Shown: positions 1 to 9,229, counted from the stretch's first letter. The stretch: 64,000 bases of DNA from Patescibacteria group bacterium (GCA_049604715.1 JBMYTV010000001.1:91610-155609); one strand, 5' to 3'. A program made the numbers and translations. Notes: generated by a model not told the origin, from the sequence alone.

Positions 1-449
1 GGGTCGCTTTGAGTTTGAGAAAAGTTGTGATCACTGTCGCGGTGGAACATGATCTTGATTTTATACGTTTTACTCTCTTTACCTTGCTCTATCTTGAACA
101 AGATATAGGCTTCGTTATAGTAATCAGTGTAACCTTGAACCGCTACCCAGCCGTCGTGAGTAAACTCTGCTTCTGAGACATACCTCCTTTGGTCAGATGT
201 GATTTCAAGCTCCATTGAAGATCCGGGGCCGAGTTTCTTGATGTAATCACTTACTCTGAATATAGGGTATGGCGTGAAGGAGTTTACTGCATCAAAAGTT
301 TTCTCTTCTGGTGATTTAATCTCGAAGCTCGGCGGTTGGCTACTGCATCTCAAGGTCAGCATGGTCATTAACGCTAATAGAAAGAAGAGAAGCATTGTTC
401 TGCTAAACCACCAATTCAGTGGACGGCGAAAGCTTGTTAGCTTGTGCAT
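1..449 (-). CDS. hypothetical secreted protein, N-terminal part only (C-terminus runs off the window)
   Basis: Minus-strand reading frame open from ATG (complement of 447-449) to the window edge. AGGAG lies 7 nt upstream of the ATG. N-terminus MHKLTSFRRPLNWWFSRTMLLFFLLALMTMLTL looks like a signal peptide. Absent from the ORF track because no stop falls inside the window. Confidence 0.5.
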   Translation of the reverse strand, partial: MHKLTSFRRPLNWWFSRTMLLFFLLALMTMLTLRCSSQPPSFEIKSPEEKTFDAVNSFTPYPIFRVSDYIKKLGPGSSMELEITSDQRRYVSEAEFTHDGWVAVQGYTDYYNEAYILFKIEQGKESKTYKIKIMFHRDSDHNFSQTQSD

Positions 450-523
450 AATGATCTCCTGTTTTTGAAAGGACTTATTGTAAGTCCTGATATTACTCTA
501 AATGTTGTAATAAATCAAGACAC

Positions 524-553
524 AAAAACCCCCGCCGTAAAAGGCGGGGGTTT
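524..553 (-). terminator. rho-independent terminator downstream of efp
   Basis: GC-rich hairpin cccccgcc(529-536) / ggcggggg(543-550) with an A-run at 524-528, which is a T-run on the minus strand directly after the stem. Confidence 0.7.
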
Positions 554-571
554 GAGTTTCTAGTAAGCGGT

Positions 572-1129
572 CTAAGCTCTTTCTACGTAATTGCCAGTTT
601 CAGTATTAACTACCACATCTTCACCGGTTTTAATAAACAAAGGCGCTTGAATAGTTAGGTCATTTTCAAGAGTAATTTGTTTAGTTACTGAGCCGGCTGA
701 GTCGCCCTTAACCCCTGGAGGGGCATCTTTTACAGTATAGGTAACTTTGGTAGGTAGGTTAATAGCTACTGGACTGCCGTCAAATTTAAGTACATCTACA
801 TCAAGACCTTCTTTAAGATATGGAATTTGTGCTTCCACAACTGATTTGTCTAGGAAGAACTGTTCATAACTGTCGCTTTCCATGAAATGGTACTCACTAC
901 CTTCAGCATACAAGAATGATGCTTTGCGTCTTTCAATTTCAGCAGGTTCAATAGATTCTGATGATTGAAAAGTGACAGGTAGTTGATCGCCTGATACTAG
1001 ATTTTTAATTTTGGTCTTAAGTACTGCGCCCCCGCGACCCATCTTGAGGTGTTCTGCTTTTACCACAACATAGGGCTGCTCACGGTAGGTGATAACAGTA
1101 CCAATTTTAATATCACTTATACTAAGCAT
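572..1129 (-). CDS. efp: elongation factor P
   Basis: Translation from the internal Met (MLSISDIKIGTVITYREQPYVVVKAEHLKMGRGGAVLKTKIKNLVSGD) matches the EF-P KOW-like N-terminus and the PGKG-like loop. The 186-aa length fits. The longer ORF running to 1222 would overlap rpsR and is rejected. Confidence 0.9.
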   Translation of the reverse strand: MLSISDIKIGTVITYREQPYVVVKAEHLKMGRGGAVLKTKIKNLVSGDQLPVTFQSSESIEPAEIERRKASFLYAEGSEYHFMESDSYEQFFLDKSVVEAQIPYLKEGLDVDVLKFDGSPVAINLPTKVTYTVKDAPPGVKGDSAGSVTKQITLENDLTIQAPLFIKTGEDVVVNTETGNYVERA

Positions 1130-1140
1130 AGAGAAACAAA

Positions 1141-1365
1141 TTAACGAGTTGTGTAAGGAATGAGCGCTAAGAAACGTGCGCGTTTGATTGCTTGTGATAG
1201 CTTGCGTTGATGCCATGCGCATACGCCTGTTCGACGACGAGGTCGAATTTTGCCGTATTGAGACATGAAACGAAGCATAAGCTGTGTATCCTTATAATCA
1301 ATCTCGTCAATCTGATTCACACAGAAGTGACAATATTTATCTTTTTGGAGGAGATTATGTTTCAT
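1141..1365 (-). CDS. rpsR: 30S ribosomal protein S18
   Basis: 74 aa. CHFC..IDYKDTQLMLRFMSQYGKIRPRRRTG..QRKLSQAIKRARFLALIPY is the S18 signature. Confidence 0.9.
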   Translation of the reverse strand: MKHNLLQKDKYCHFCVNQIDEIDYKDTQLMLRFMSQYGKIRPRRRTGVCAWHQRKLSQAIKRARFLALIPYTTR

Positions 1366-1373
1366 ATAATTTC

Positions 1374-1820
1374 TTAAAATGGTATTTCGTCTACGTTAAT
1401 TTCATCTTCATCAGCACCTGCATCTTGATTCTGTGTTTCTTGTGGCGCTGATTGCGCGTAGTCATTGCTATTGCTTGGACCTGAATTTGCGCCTGCACGA
1501 TCAAGCATGATCATGTTTTCAGCAATAATTTCAGTTTTATATTTTTTCTGACCACTTGGATCATCCCAGCTACGTGTCTGCAACCGACCTTCAAGATAGA
1601 CTTTGCTGCCTTTTTTGAGGTATTGTGCGCAGATCTCACCAAGCTTTCGCCAAGCGACAATGTTGTGAAATTCAGCACGTTCTTGTCGGTTGCCCTGTTG
1701 GTCAGTCCAAACAAGGTTGGTAGCTACAGAAAAACTAGTTACGTTGGTACCTTGGGGAGTGGTTCGGTTTTCTGGATCACGGGTAACGTTACCGATGATC
1801 ATGACTTTGTTTAAATCCAT
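1374..1820 (-). CDS. ssb: single-stranded DNA-binding protein
   Basis: OB-fold N-terminus (MIIGNVTRDPENRTTPQGTNVTSFSVATN...FHNIVAWRKLGE). Gly/Gln/Asp-rich tail ending in DEIPF, the canonical acidic SSB tip. Confidence 0.9.
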   Translation of the reverse strand: MDLNKVMIIGNVTRDPENRTTPQGTNVTSFSVATNLVWTDQQGNRQERAEFHNIVAWRKLGEICAQYLKKGSKVYLEGRLQTRSWDDPSGQKKYKTEIIAENMIMLDRAGANSGPSNSNDYAQSAPQETQNQDAGADEDEINVDEIPF

Positions 1821-1868
1821 ATGTAGTTTTCAACAATTAATGTGACCCTCCTAATAATGAGTCATGGA

Positions 1869-2402
1869 TTACTTGATTTCTTCTTCAAGGATTTCATCAA
1901 GTTTCTTTTCTAGTTGATCGAGATCAACTGGCTCTTTTGGTTCTTGAGCCTTTTCTTCTTTTTTGGTTTCAGGAGGAGTACTTGCTGGTTTTGTTTCTTG
2001 ACGTTCTGATCGTTTGTGACGTCGTCTTGGTTTTTCATCAGAAGATGCTGGTTCTGGTGAAATGTTAGCTTGACGTGCAAGACGTTCTTTTTCTTTTTTG
2101 ATATCCTCTTCGGTCTTTGGTCTATTTTTGGTAATCAAAAACCGAACAACGCTGTTTTGGAGTTTGAGTTTTTTTTCAATCTCAGCCAAAGCTGATTGTT
2201 CCATATCAGCGCCAATAAGGAAATAGTACCCGTGTCGCATGCCATCAATAGCATAGGCGAGTTTACGGCGGCCAATGAGCTCTTTGCGCTTAATGTCAGC
2301 GCCTTGAGCATCAAAAAAACCTGCTACTTCCTCAAGTACAGGTTGAACTTCATTCTCGGCTAAGTTACCAGGAATGAGCCCAACGCATTCATAATACTGC
2401 AT
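1869..2402 (-). CDS. rpsF: 30S ribosomal protein S6 with long Lys/Glu-rich C-terminal extension
   Basis: The first ~95 aa match S6 (IGRRKLAYAIDGMRHGYYFLI). Classic rpsF-ssb-rpsR order. The remaining ~80 aa are a low-complexity KE-rich tail. Confidence 0.85.
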   Translation of the reverse strand: MQYYECVGLIPGNLAENEVQPVLEEVAGFFDAQGADIKRKELIGRRKLAYAIDGMRHGYYFLIGADMEQSALAEIEKKLKLQNSVVRFLITKNRPKTEEDIKKEKERLARQANISPEPASSDEKPRRRHKRSERQETKPASTPPETKKEEKAQEPKEPVDLDQLEKKLDEILEEEIK

Positions 2403-2647
2403 AGACGTATATCCTTACTTTTAGCCAAAAAGCCACGTAAAAACCTAATATTAGGTTATTTACTGCACTTCTTGGCTCTCTTTAGATTTAGAGATCCCCT
2501 TCATACTCGCAGGAGGGAAGGAGAAAAGTGTGCTTAATAATTATCAAATTGTGTGCTTATTGTAGGGAAATTCAAGATATTTGTCAAGGATATATATTGC
2601 GCTTTATTCTGACTTTCTTTCCGCGCTAGCTTTGCTATAATAAACAT

Positions 2648-3175
2648 ATGTTTATCCTATATATTTTAGTAATAGTTATCTTGTTAACATTAGCCCTGAC
2701 TCTTTTTTCTGGGTATAGAAATGGTGCGCCATATGTGCCATCATCAATGGCCTCTGTAAAGCATATGCTTGAACTAGCTGATGTTAAACCAGATGAGGTG
2801 GTTCTTGATATGGGATCGGGTGATGGGCGTGTCTTGATCGAGGCAGTAAAAGACTTTAATGCTCGTGGTTTGGGTATTGAGATTACGCCGCTTTTATACA
2901 TTTATTCAAAGTTTAAGGTTGCGAGCAAAGGCATGTCTGACAAAATTGAACTTCGTAGAGAAAACATGTATAACTCCGATATCTCAAAGGCAGATGTTGT
3001 TACTATGTTCTTGATGCAAGATACCAATCAAAAACTCAAAGAGAAGTTACAAAACGAACTAAAACCTGGAACAAGGATTGTATCGCATTACTTTACTTTT
3101 GATGATTGGCAACCAGTAAAAACTGACGAAAAGTATCATAACAATTTGTATATTGTCCCAGATAATAATTCTTAA
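2648..3175 (+). CDS. small class I SAM-dependent methyltransferase with N-terminal membrane anchor
   Basis: N-terminal hydrophobic helix. Motif I VLDMGSGDGRVLIEA. Acidic post-I and motif II-like DVVTMFLM. 175 aa. Confidence 0.6.
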   Translation: MFILYILVIVILLTLALTLFSGYRNGAPYVPSSMASVKHMLELADVKPDEVVLDMGSGDGRVLIEAVKDFNARGLGIEITPLLYIYSKFKVASKGMSDKIELRRENMYNSDISKADVVTMFLMQDTNQKLKEKLQNELKPGTRIVSHYFTFDDWQPVKTDEKYHNNLYIVPDNNS

Positions 3176-3184
3176 AGTTTATTT

Positions 3185-4204
3185 ATGAAAGTACTTTTTT
3201 TACAAGCTAAGGAATGGGAAGTAGAGTACATACAAGAACAAATGCAAAGCCTCTCAAACATTGAGCAGGTTGATTTTATTGTTGAGCCAGTCGATGAGGT
3301 ACCTGTTGAAAAGCTTTTAGAATATGATGTCATCTCGCCATTTATTCATTCTCCATTTAGTAAAGAGCTTCTTGATAAGTTGCCTAATTTGAAATTGATT
3401 CCAACACGTTCAACAGGATTTGACCATGTGGATTTGGATGCAGCTGCTGCCAAGAATATTGTTGTTTGTAATGTACCAAGTTACGGTGTAAATACAGTGG
3501 CTGAGCAGGCATTTGCGTTGCTATTGTCATTATCACGTAAGATACCTGAGTCAATTGACCGCACCCGCGAGTCAGACTTTGATCGCGACGGATTGCAAGG
3601 ATTTGATTTGGCAGGGAAAACTATGGGAGTTGTGGGTACTGGTCGTATTGGTTATCACACAGTAAAGATTGCAAATGGTTTTGGTATGAAAGTTATCGCA
3701 TATGACCCATACCCAAATGACAAAGTAAAGGAGGAATTTGGCGTAGAATACATGGAACTTCATGATCTACTTGCAGAATCTGATGTAGTATCACTGCATG
3801 TGCCATATATGAAAGAAACACATCATCTACTTGATGCTCAAGCCTTTAGTAAAATGAAAAAAGGTTCAGTGCTGATTAACACAGCTCGTGGGCCGTTGGT
3901 TGATAATGATGCCCTTATTGATGCACTTAAAGACGGTACACTAGCTGGCGCTGGTCTTGATGTAATGGAAGGTGAGGAGCTACTTGAGGATGAGCTAGAA
4001 TTACTTGATAACAAGAAGGTAAGCAAAGAATCACTCGAGACTTTGCTTGAAGGGCATGTCATATTAACTTTTGACAATGTTATTGTCACGCCGCATAATG
4101 CATTCAATACACGCGAAGCTTTGATGCGTATTATTGATACAACTATTGGTAACATCAAAGGATTTGCAGATGGTGCTCCTGAGAATGTAGTAGAGAAAAA
4201 ATAA
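3185..4204 (+). CDS. D-isomer-specific 2-hydroxyacid dehydrogenase (D-lactate/phosphoglycerate dehydrogenase family)
   Basis: NAD-binding GKTMGVVGTGRIGYHTVKIANGFGMKV. Catalytic region ...VTPHNAFNTREA. 339 aa. Confidence 0.8.
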   Translation: MKVLFLQAKEWEVEYIQEQMQSLSNIEQVDFIVEPVDEVPVEKLLEYDVISPFIHSPFSKELLDKLPNLKLIPTRSTGFDHVDLDAAAAKNIVVCNVPSYGVNTVAEQAFALLLSLSRKIPESIDRTRESDFDRDGLQGFDLAGKTMGVVGTGRIGYHTVKIANGFGMKVIAYDPYPNDKVKEEFGVEYMELHDLLAESDVVSLHVPYMKETHHLLDAQAFSKMKKGSVLINTARGPLVDNDALIDALKDGTLAGAGLDVMEGEELLEDELELLDNKKVSKESLETLLEGHVILTFDNVIVTPHNAFNTREALMRIIDTTIGNIKGFADGAPENVVEKK

Positions 4205-4206
4205 AT

Positions 4207-4434
4207 ATGGCAGATAGAGTAGCAAAAGTAGAAATAGACAGAGAGCTTTGTATTGGTGTTGCATCATGTATTGCTATTGCGCCCGAGGCGTATGTACTTG
4301 ATGAAGAGAATATAGCCATTTTGACAAAAGAATGGCAACAATATGATGATGATGTACTTATACAATCCGCTGAAGTATGTCCAGTCAAAGCCATTTATCT
4401 TTATGATTCAGGTGGCGAACAGCTGTATCCATAG
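4207..4434 (+). CDS. small ferredoxin with three Cys ligands
   Basis: 75 aa. CIGVASC ... CP pattern typical of single-cluster ferredoxins, but the second Cys is replaced (Cys15, Cys21, Cys58 only). Starts 2 nt after the dehydrogenase stop. Confidence 0.65.
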   Translation: MADRVAKVEIDRELCIGVASCIAIAPEAYVLDEENIAILTKEWQQYDDDVLIQSAEVCPVKAIYLYDSGGEQLYP

Positions 4435-4516
4435 TAGTGATTTTATTTGCATAGATCCAAAAAGCAGTGTACGCTATTAGCACCACTGTTTTTTATAACC
4501 CTAATCAAAACATCGA

Positions 4517-4867
4517 TTGGAGTGGATAATGCAGAAGAAAATCCTAAGAGAGTTACCACAAGGGACTAAGGTAAGGGGACGTAATGGCCGAGTCGGATCA
4601 TATAGTAACGTTGTTCTTGTTGATCATGACTTCCATGTCCCTTATAGCGCTGCTCAAGAATTCAGAACTGTAGAAAAGTTCTTCGCAGCCCACATTAAAC
4701 CGCGCTTTAAGGGGCGCAAACGTGTACGAAAAAAGGATTTGCCGTATGGTACGTGGCACATCATGCAAAAAAAAGATAACACATCTACCACCTTTGTTAT
4801 TACGGTTTCTGTGCTTGATTATGAAAAAGGCTTTTCTGTCTTTTCGGTGACAATATCTGAAGCGTAA
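4517..4867 (+). CDS. hypothetical protein
   Basis: 116-aa ORF in an otherwise empty gap. No family recognised. Start could be the second Met (MQKK). Confidence 0.4.
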   Translation: MEWIMQKKILRELPQGTKVRGRNGRVGSYSNVVLVDHDFHVPYSAAQEFRTVEKFFAAHIKPRFKGRKRVRKKDLPYGTWHIMQKKDNTSTTFVITVSVLDYEKGFSVFSVTISEA

Positions 4868-4916
4868 TATAAAAAGCTATCCAAAATGGATAGCTTCATT
4901 TTTTGACGAAAGTTGG

Positions 4917-6551
4917 TTAGTCTACTTCTTCTTTTTTGTCTCGGACAAAAGATGTGATCTCTTCAAATGATGACACAATAAACTTATATGGTGCCTCAAT
5001 CACATAATCAAGGAAGAAGATGAAAAAGTTGATGCGTCGTGAGTTAAGTGAGATAAAGCGACCAGCTCTGATAATTGGTAGTGTAAACAAGTCAAAGATA
5101 AAGGTGAAAATGTTCTCTCTTTTACCAAGAACATTGAGTTCACGGGCACCAAGCCTCAAGCGAATACCAAAGAATGAAATCAATGTTAGGAATAAGATAA
5201 ATAGGAGACTAGAGACAATACTGAAGTTAAGACTTCGTAGTAGGTAGATGATTAGGCCAAATGTAATCAAGTAAATGATCAAATAAAATACATTGATAAA
5301 TATCCAACTGGCTGATCCAAACTGCGATGATTTGCGGAATTTTGCAACAATGGGCTTCATCTCTTCTCCATATACTAACTTTTTCACACCTTCCAAGATT
5401 TTCTTGGTATTTTTTTCTTTTGGAACACGTGTTGTTAATATTATAAGTGCCATCAAAAATGGAGGGAATAAGACATTGATCAAGACAGAGGGGTAGTGTA
5501 TTTCCTGTAGAATAAACATGTCATACGGTACTTCAACAGCTACCGCAACAATAACTTTAGTAAGGAAAATGTAAATCACAGATCTTATAGCGCCGCGGCG
5601 AAGTTTTTTGCGGGCGTTACCGTACCGTTTGTTTGCAGCCTTTTTTATCTCGTCTTCAAGTTGATTTGTGTAGCTAAGCGTGCGTTTCAGATGATCTCTA
5701 TTCTCTGCAAAGAGATCATTTAGGATCAAAAAGTAAACAGACAAGTTGTGTAGTCGTTTTTGTAGTATTTCACCAAGGGGGTGCTTGATCTGATGACTAA
5801 TAGCATGAACGAGCTTTGGGAAGTTGTCAGCAACTTTCATGATCACATCAGTCTGCGTGCCATCCCAGTTAGGGAAATAGAATTTGAACAAATAATATCG
5901 GAGTAGTGTTTCGTCTGATTTAATAATGTTTCTGTGAATAGCAATATAAATCTGGATATTTCGTTCCTTGTCGGTCGCAGGGAAGTTTCGGATATCTATC
6001 CTGGGTTTAACTATTCTGTAGAGTGTTTCAACTAGCGCGTCTTCACGAATAGGGGGTATGATTGATTCTTCAATTTCAGCTGCCATGATCTCCCAGATGA
6101 ACTGGTGGTACTCTTTAAGTTCATTACGTTTGTAGCGCATTCCGAGCTGGTCATAAAGCGTGATGTACTTATTGATAATGTTGGCTACGTCTTTGGCTTT
6201 GTCTTCAGGAATAGCATCATTTGGGAGGTATTGAGCGCGGATAAGTTCATGTAAAAGTGTTTCAGCAATGATCCCTGGATCTTTTCTGTTCATGCTCACT
6301 ACGCGCTTTGATATACGCTCAATAGCACTGCGTCTGAGAAGGTGGTCGTCTTTGTAATCAACGCTGTAGCGTAGCTTTTCATACAAGAGCGCCATTTTGC
6401 TTGTTATATAATTGAGCTTTATTTTGGGTTCTTTGTCTTTGTATAGCTCAATACCAAAAGGACCCTCATACACTTGTGCGAGGTTCTGGATGTCACTGTC
6501 TATGTCTTGTGTGCGGGATGGTTGACTCTGTGAAACTGCTTGCAGCGGCAT
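4917..6551 (-). CDS. hypothetical protein: large soluble N-terminal region with polytopic membrane C-terminal region
   Basis: 544 aa. About 330 aa of charged alpha-helical-looking sequence, then about 5 hydrophobic segments in the last 200 aa. No confident family assignment. Confidence 0.6.
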   Translation of the reverse strand: MPLQAVSQSQPSRTQDIDSDIQNLAQVYEGPFGIELYKDKEPKIKLNYITSKMALLYEKLRYSVDYKDDHLLRRSAIERISKRVVSMNRKDPGIIAETLLHELIRAQYLPNDAIPEDKAKDVANIINKYITLYDQLGMRYKRNELKEYHQFIWEIMAAEIEESIIPPIREDALVETLYRIVKPRIDIRNFPATDKERNIQIYIAIHRNIIKSDETLLRYYLFKFYFPNWDGTQTDVIMKVADNFPKLVHAISHQIKHPLGEILQKRLHNLSVYFLILNDLFAENRDHLKRTLSYTNQLEDEIKKAANKRYGNARKKLRRGAIRSVIYIFLTKVIVAVAVEVPYDMFILQEIHYPSVLINVLFPPFLMALIILTTRVPKEKNTKKILEGVKKLVYGEEMKPIVAKFRKSSQFGSASWIFINVFYLIIYLITFGLIIYLLRSLNFSIVSSLLFILFLTLISFFGIRLRLGARELNVLGKRENIFTFIFDLFTLPIIRAGRFISLNSRRINFFIFFLDYVIEAPYKFIVSSFEEITSFVRDKKEEVD

Positions 6552-6621
6552 ATATTTTATGCTAGGTTAACATAATTATAGTACCAAATAAGGCGATCAT
6601 TTACAACCAGGGGAGAAAGCC

Positions 6622-6957
6622 ATGAATGCAACATCGCGAGTGCATGTAGGGCTGTACTGTACCATTTATATGGACGCAACAGATGGTCTTACCACGCTTG
6701 GTGGGATTATTCAACTGTTAGACACAATGACGTATGATAATACCAAGATTTTTTTGGAGCGCAGTATTACTGTGGGCAAAAGTTTCGGTATTATTATTCA
6801 CATTATTACCCCTCTAGAAAATATTCATCATGAAGGCGGAAGTTTGATTCATGATATTGCAAGCCGGGTATTTGAAGTGAGTGATAGCGTTACAGAAATA
6901 TCTGGGATTTTTCTGGGTAGTGAAATATTCATCATAAAGCAAGAGGAGCCAAAATGA
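6622..6957 (+). CDS. hypothetical protein
   Basis: 111-aa ORF whose stop overlaps the pgsA-like start (ATGA), suggesting translational coupling. Confidence 0.45.
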   Translation: MNATSRVHVGLYCTIYMDATDGLTTLGGIIQLLDTMTYDNTKIFLERSITVGKSFGIIIHIITPLENIHHEGGSLIHDIASRVFEVSDSVTEISGIFLGSEIFIIKQEEPK

Positions 6958-7496
6958 ACAAAGTGAAAAATTTCGAATTTAGACATTTTTTGTTACTGCC
7001 AAATCTTCTATCATTCAGCCGGATACCGGTTGCGATTCTGTTTGTTATTTTCCTGGCTACAGAGCAGTGGATAGCAATGTGGTTGACAGCAGCATTCGGA
7101 GCATGGACTGATTGGGCTGACGGGCACTATGCTCGGCGAAATGACGAAGTCACTGAGCTTGGGGTTATTGCTGATCCGGTTGCTGACAAAATCGGCATCG
7201 CAATAATCGTTACCTCAATGTGGTTTCTTGGTTATTTACCAACATATCTTTTTGCATTAGTTGTCGGTCGCGATGTTTTGATTGTTTCTGCAGTTGCATG
7301 GTATCGATACCGATATCCAGGTGCTTCCACTCCCATGTCTGATATTTATGGCAAAGTAGCTATATGCGCAATTGCGCTTGGTATGCTTTTGCATCTGACG
7401 CCATATTGGTTAGCTAGAGAGTGGATGATTATGATTGCGGTTTTTGTATCACTTACTCGGTATGGCTATCGTATGTATCAGTTGTCCTCCAAATAA
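6954..7496 (+). CDS. pgsA: CDP-alcohol phosphatidyltransferase (phosphatidylglycerophosphate synthase-like)
   Basis: Signature D-x2-DG-x2-AR...G-x3-D-x3-D present as TDWADGHYARRNDEVTELGVIADPVADK. Several TM helices. 180 aa. Confidence 0.8.
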   Translation: MNKVKNFEFRHFLLLPNLLSFSRIPVAILFVIFLATEQWIAMWLTAAFGAWTDWADGHYARRNDEVTELGVIADPVADKIGIAIIVTSMWFLGYLPTYLFALVVGRDVLIVSAVAWYRYRYPGASTPMSDIYGKVAICAIALGMLLHLTPYWLAREWMIMIAVFVSLTRYGYRMYQLSSK

Positions 7497-7520
7497 TACT
7501 AAAGTGAACAATAATTTTTA

Positions 7521-7548
7521 AACCAAGCACATGTGCTTGGTTTTAAGT
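7521..7548 (+). terminator. rho-independent terminator after the pgsA-like gene
   Basis: Perfect 18-nt palindrome ccaagcacatgtgcttgg (7523-7540) followed by tttt. Confidence 0.7.
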
Positions 7549-7719
7549 TGCATTTTTATTTTTTCCAAGGTAAGGTAATCGCGCACGTTTACAATATGTT
7601 TAATGCGAAAGTTTTTGACACATACATTTAGAGGAGGTGTACATTTTATAATGTGTCACAGTACGTTTTCGCACGTTCCCAGAGGCTAAAAGAGAAACTA
7701 TTGTATAGGTGATGTCCAA

Positions 7720-8115
7720 ATGAAAAAGAACAACAGAAAAAAGACTAGGAAACGTCAAGCTCGTAGAAAAAAGGCAAAAATGCGTTTATTGGTCAGAATG
7801 CCAAACACATTTTCTGCTGAGGTTCGTAGTGATTTGAGGAAGTTAATTCGACAGGTGGTCAGCAGGGTGTTAGTGGCGGAACTTCAAAAGTCTGCGTCTG
7901 TTGGTAATACTATATCTGAAAAACACTGCGAAACATTGCTTCCTTTGAGCGAGAGATCATCTCTGTATCCTAGAATTTCTAAGTACTCGTTTGTTATTAC
8001 TGTAGATAGGCTAAGCGATGGTCAATTGCGTCAGTTCAAAGATGAAGTGCTGACAAATCAGACTTTTGGAAAGGGCCAGGCCTGCCAGTTGCTTATTACC
8101 CGCATTGAAGATTAG
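7720..8115 (+). CDS. hypothetical protein with highly basic N-terminus
   Basis: 131 aa. MKKNNRKKTRKRQARRKKAK... GGTGA-type RBS upstream. No family recognised. Confidence 0.5.
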   Translation: MKKNNRKKTRKRQARRKKAKMRLLVRMPNTFSAEVRSDLRKLIRQVVSRVLVAELQKSASVGNTISEKHCETLLPLSERSSLYPRISKYSFVITVDRLSDGQLRQFKDEVLTNQTFGKGQACQLLITRIED

Positions 8116-8129
8116 AATACCTTATTTTA

Positions 8130-8165
8130 TAAAAAAATCCGTTGAAACCAACGGATTTTAATATT
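8130..8165. terminator. bidirectional terminator between convergent genes
   Basis: Hairpin atccgttg-aaac-caacggat (8137-8158). A-run on the left and T-rich run on the right. Confidence 0.65.
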
Positions 8166-9229
8166 TATACATTGAATTTAAACAACATTACATCTCCATC
8201 TTGTACCACATAGTCTTTACCTTCTTGCCTGAGAGCGCCACTATCGCGGGCCCCGGCCCAGCCATTGCCTTGAGTAAATTTGTCAAAGGCAACAGTCTCA
8301 GCTCGAATAAAACCTTTTTCAAAGTCAGTATGAATTTGTCCAGCCGCATGCGGCGCCTTGCTGCCGCGTTTTACTGTCCAGGCTCTGGTTTCTTTTTCTC
8401 CAGAAGTGAAAAATGTAATTAGCTCAAGTAGTTCATATGATGCAGTGATAAGTTTATCAAGTCCAGTTTCAGTAACGCCACTGCTCTCTAAGTATTCTCT
8501 CATTTCAGTATCGTCTAGCTCAGAAAGCTCTGCTTCAATTTTCGCACAAACCTTTATGGTATTTGGCGGTAGATCATCAGACGAACCAAGTGCGTCTTCG
8601 TCTACATTGTATGCATACAAGAGTGGTTTGCTTGTGAGTAGGTTGAGTTGTTTTAACACAGTTTGTTCCTCGTCACTATACTCAGCAGTTGAAACCCATT
8701 TACCTTGTTCAAGTATAGGATGTATTTTTTCCAGTAGTGCAAGCTCTGCTTTAGCATCTGCATCGAGTCCACCCTTTGCATTGCGGCGTGCCTTATCAAG
8801 CCTCTTATCAACGCTAGCTAGATCGGCAAACACAAGTTCGAGATTTATGGTTTCCTTATCACTTTCTGGATCTACTTTGCCATCAACGTGGATAATGTTT
8901 GGATCATGAAAATTCCTAACAACTTCCAAAATGGCATCTACTTCACGGATGTGTGATAAGAATTGATTTCCCAAACCTTCACCTTGGTGTGCATTTTTAA
9001 CCAAACCTGCAATATCAACAAATTCAATACTTGTGGGGATGATTTTTTCTGATTTGCTTATCTGCGCGAGTTGAGCGAGTCTTTCATCAGGCACCTCAAC
9101 AACACCCACATTTGGATCAATAGTACAAAATGGAAAGTTAGCCGCATCGACTTCATTGCGGGTTAGGGCTTTAAATAGAGTTGATTTGCCAACATTGGGA
9201 AGGCCGACAATGCCAATCTGAAATGACAT
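8165..9229 (-). CDS. ychF: ribosome-binding ATPase YchF (Obg-like GTPase family)
   Basis: MSFQIGIVGLPNVGKSTLFKALT (G1). NFPFCTIDPNVGVV. Full-length 354 aa with C-terminal TGS-like MLFKFNV. Confidence 0.95.
   Translation of the reverse strand: MSFQIGIVGLPNVGKSTLFKALTRNEVDAANFPFCTIDPNVGVVEVPDERLAQLAQISKSEKIIPTSIEFVDIAGLVKNAHQGEGLGNQFLSHIREVDAILEVVRNFHDPNIIHVDGKVDPESDKETINLELVFADLASVDKRLDKARRNAKGGLDADAKAELALLEKIHPILEQGKWVSTAEYSDEEQTVLKQLNLLTSKPLLYAYNVDEDALGSSDDLPPNTIKVCAKIEAELSELDDTEMREYLESSGVTETGLDKLITASYELLELITFFTSGEKETRAWTVKRGSKAPHAAGQIHTDFEKGFIRAETVAFDKFTQGNGWAGARDSGALRQEGKDYVVQDGDVMLFKFNV

Noticed and set aside
274-468. 64-aa plus-strand ORF at the window start
   Set aside because: Lies entirely antisense to a better-supported minus-strand gene (RBS AGGAG, signal peptide) that starts at 449 and runs off the window. 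No RBS.
1141-1222. N-terminal 31-aa extension of the efp ORF (start at 1222)
   Set aside because: Would overlap rpsR by 80 nt. The EF-P homology begins at the internal Met, which gives the expected ~186-aa length.
8358-8909. 183-aa Ser-rich plus-strand ORF
   Set aside because: Low-complexity translation antisense to the well-supported ychF gene. Typical artefact of reading the opposite strand.
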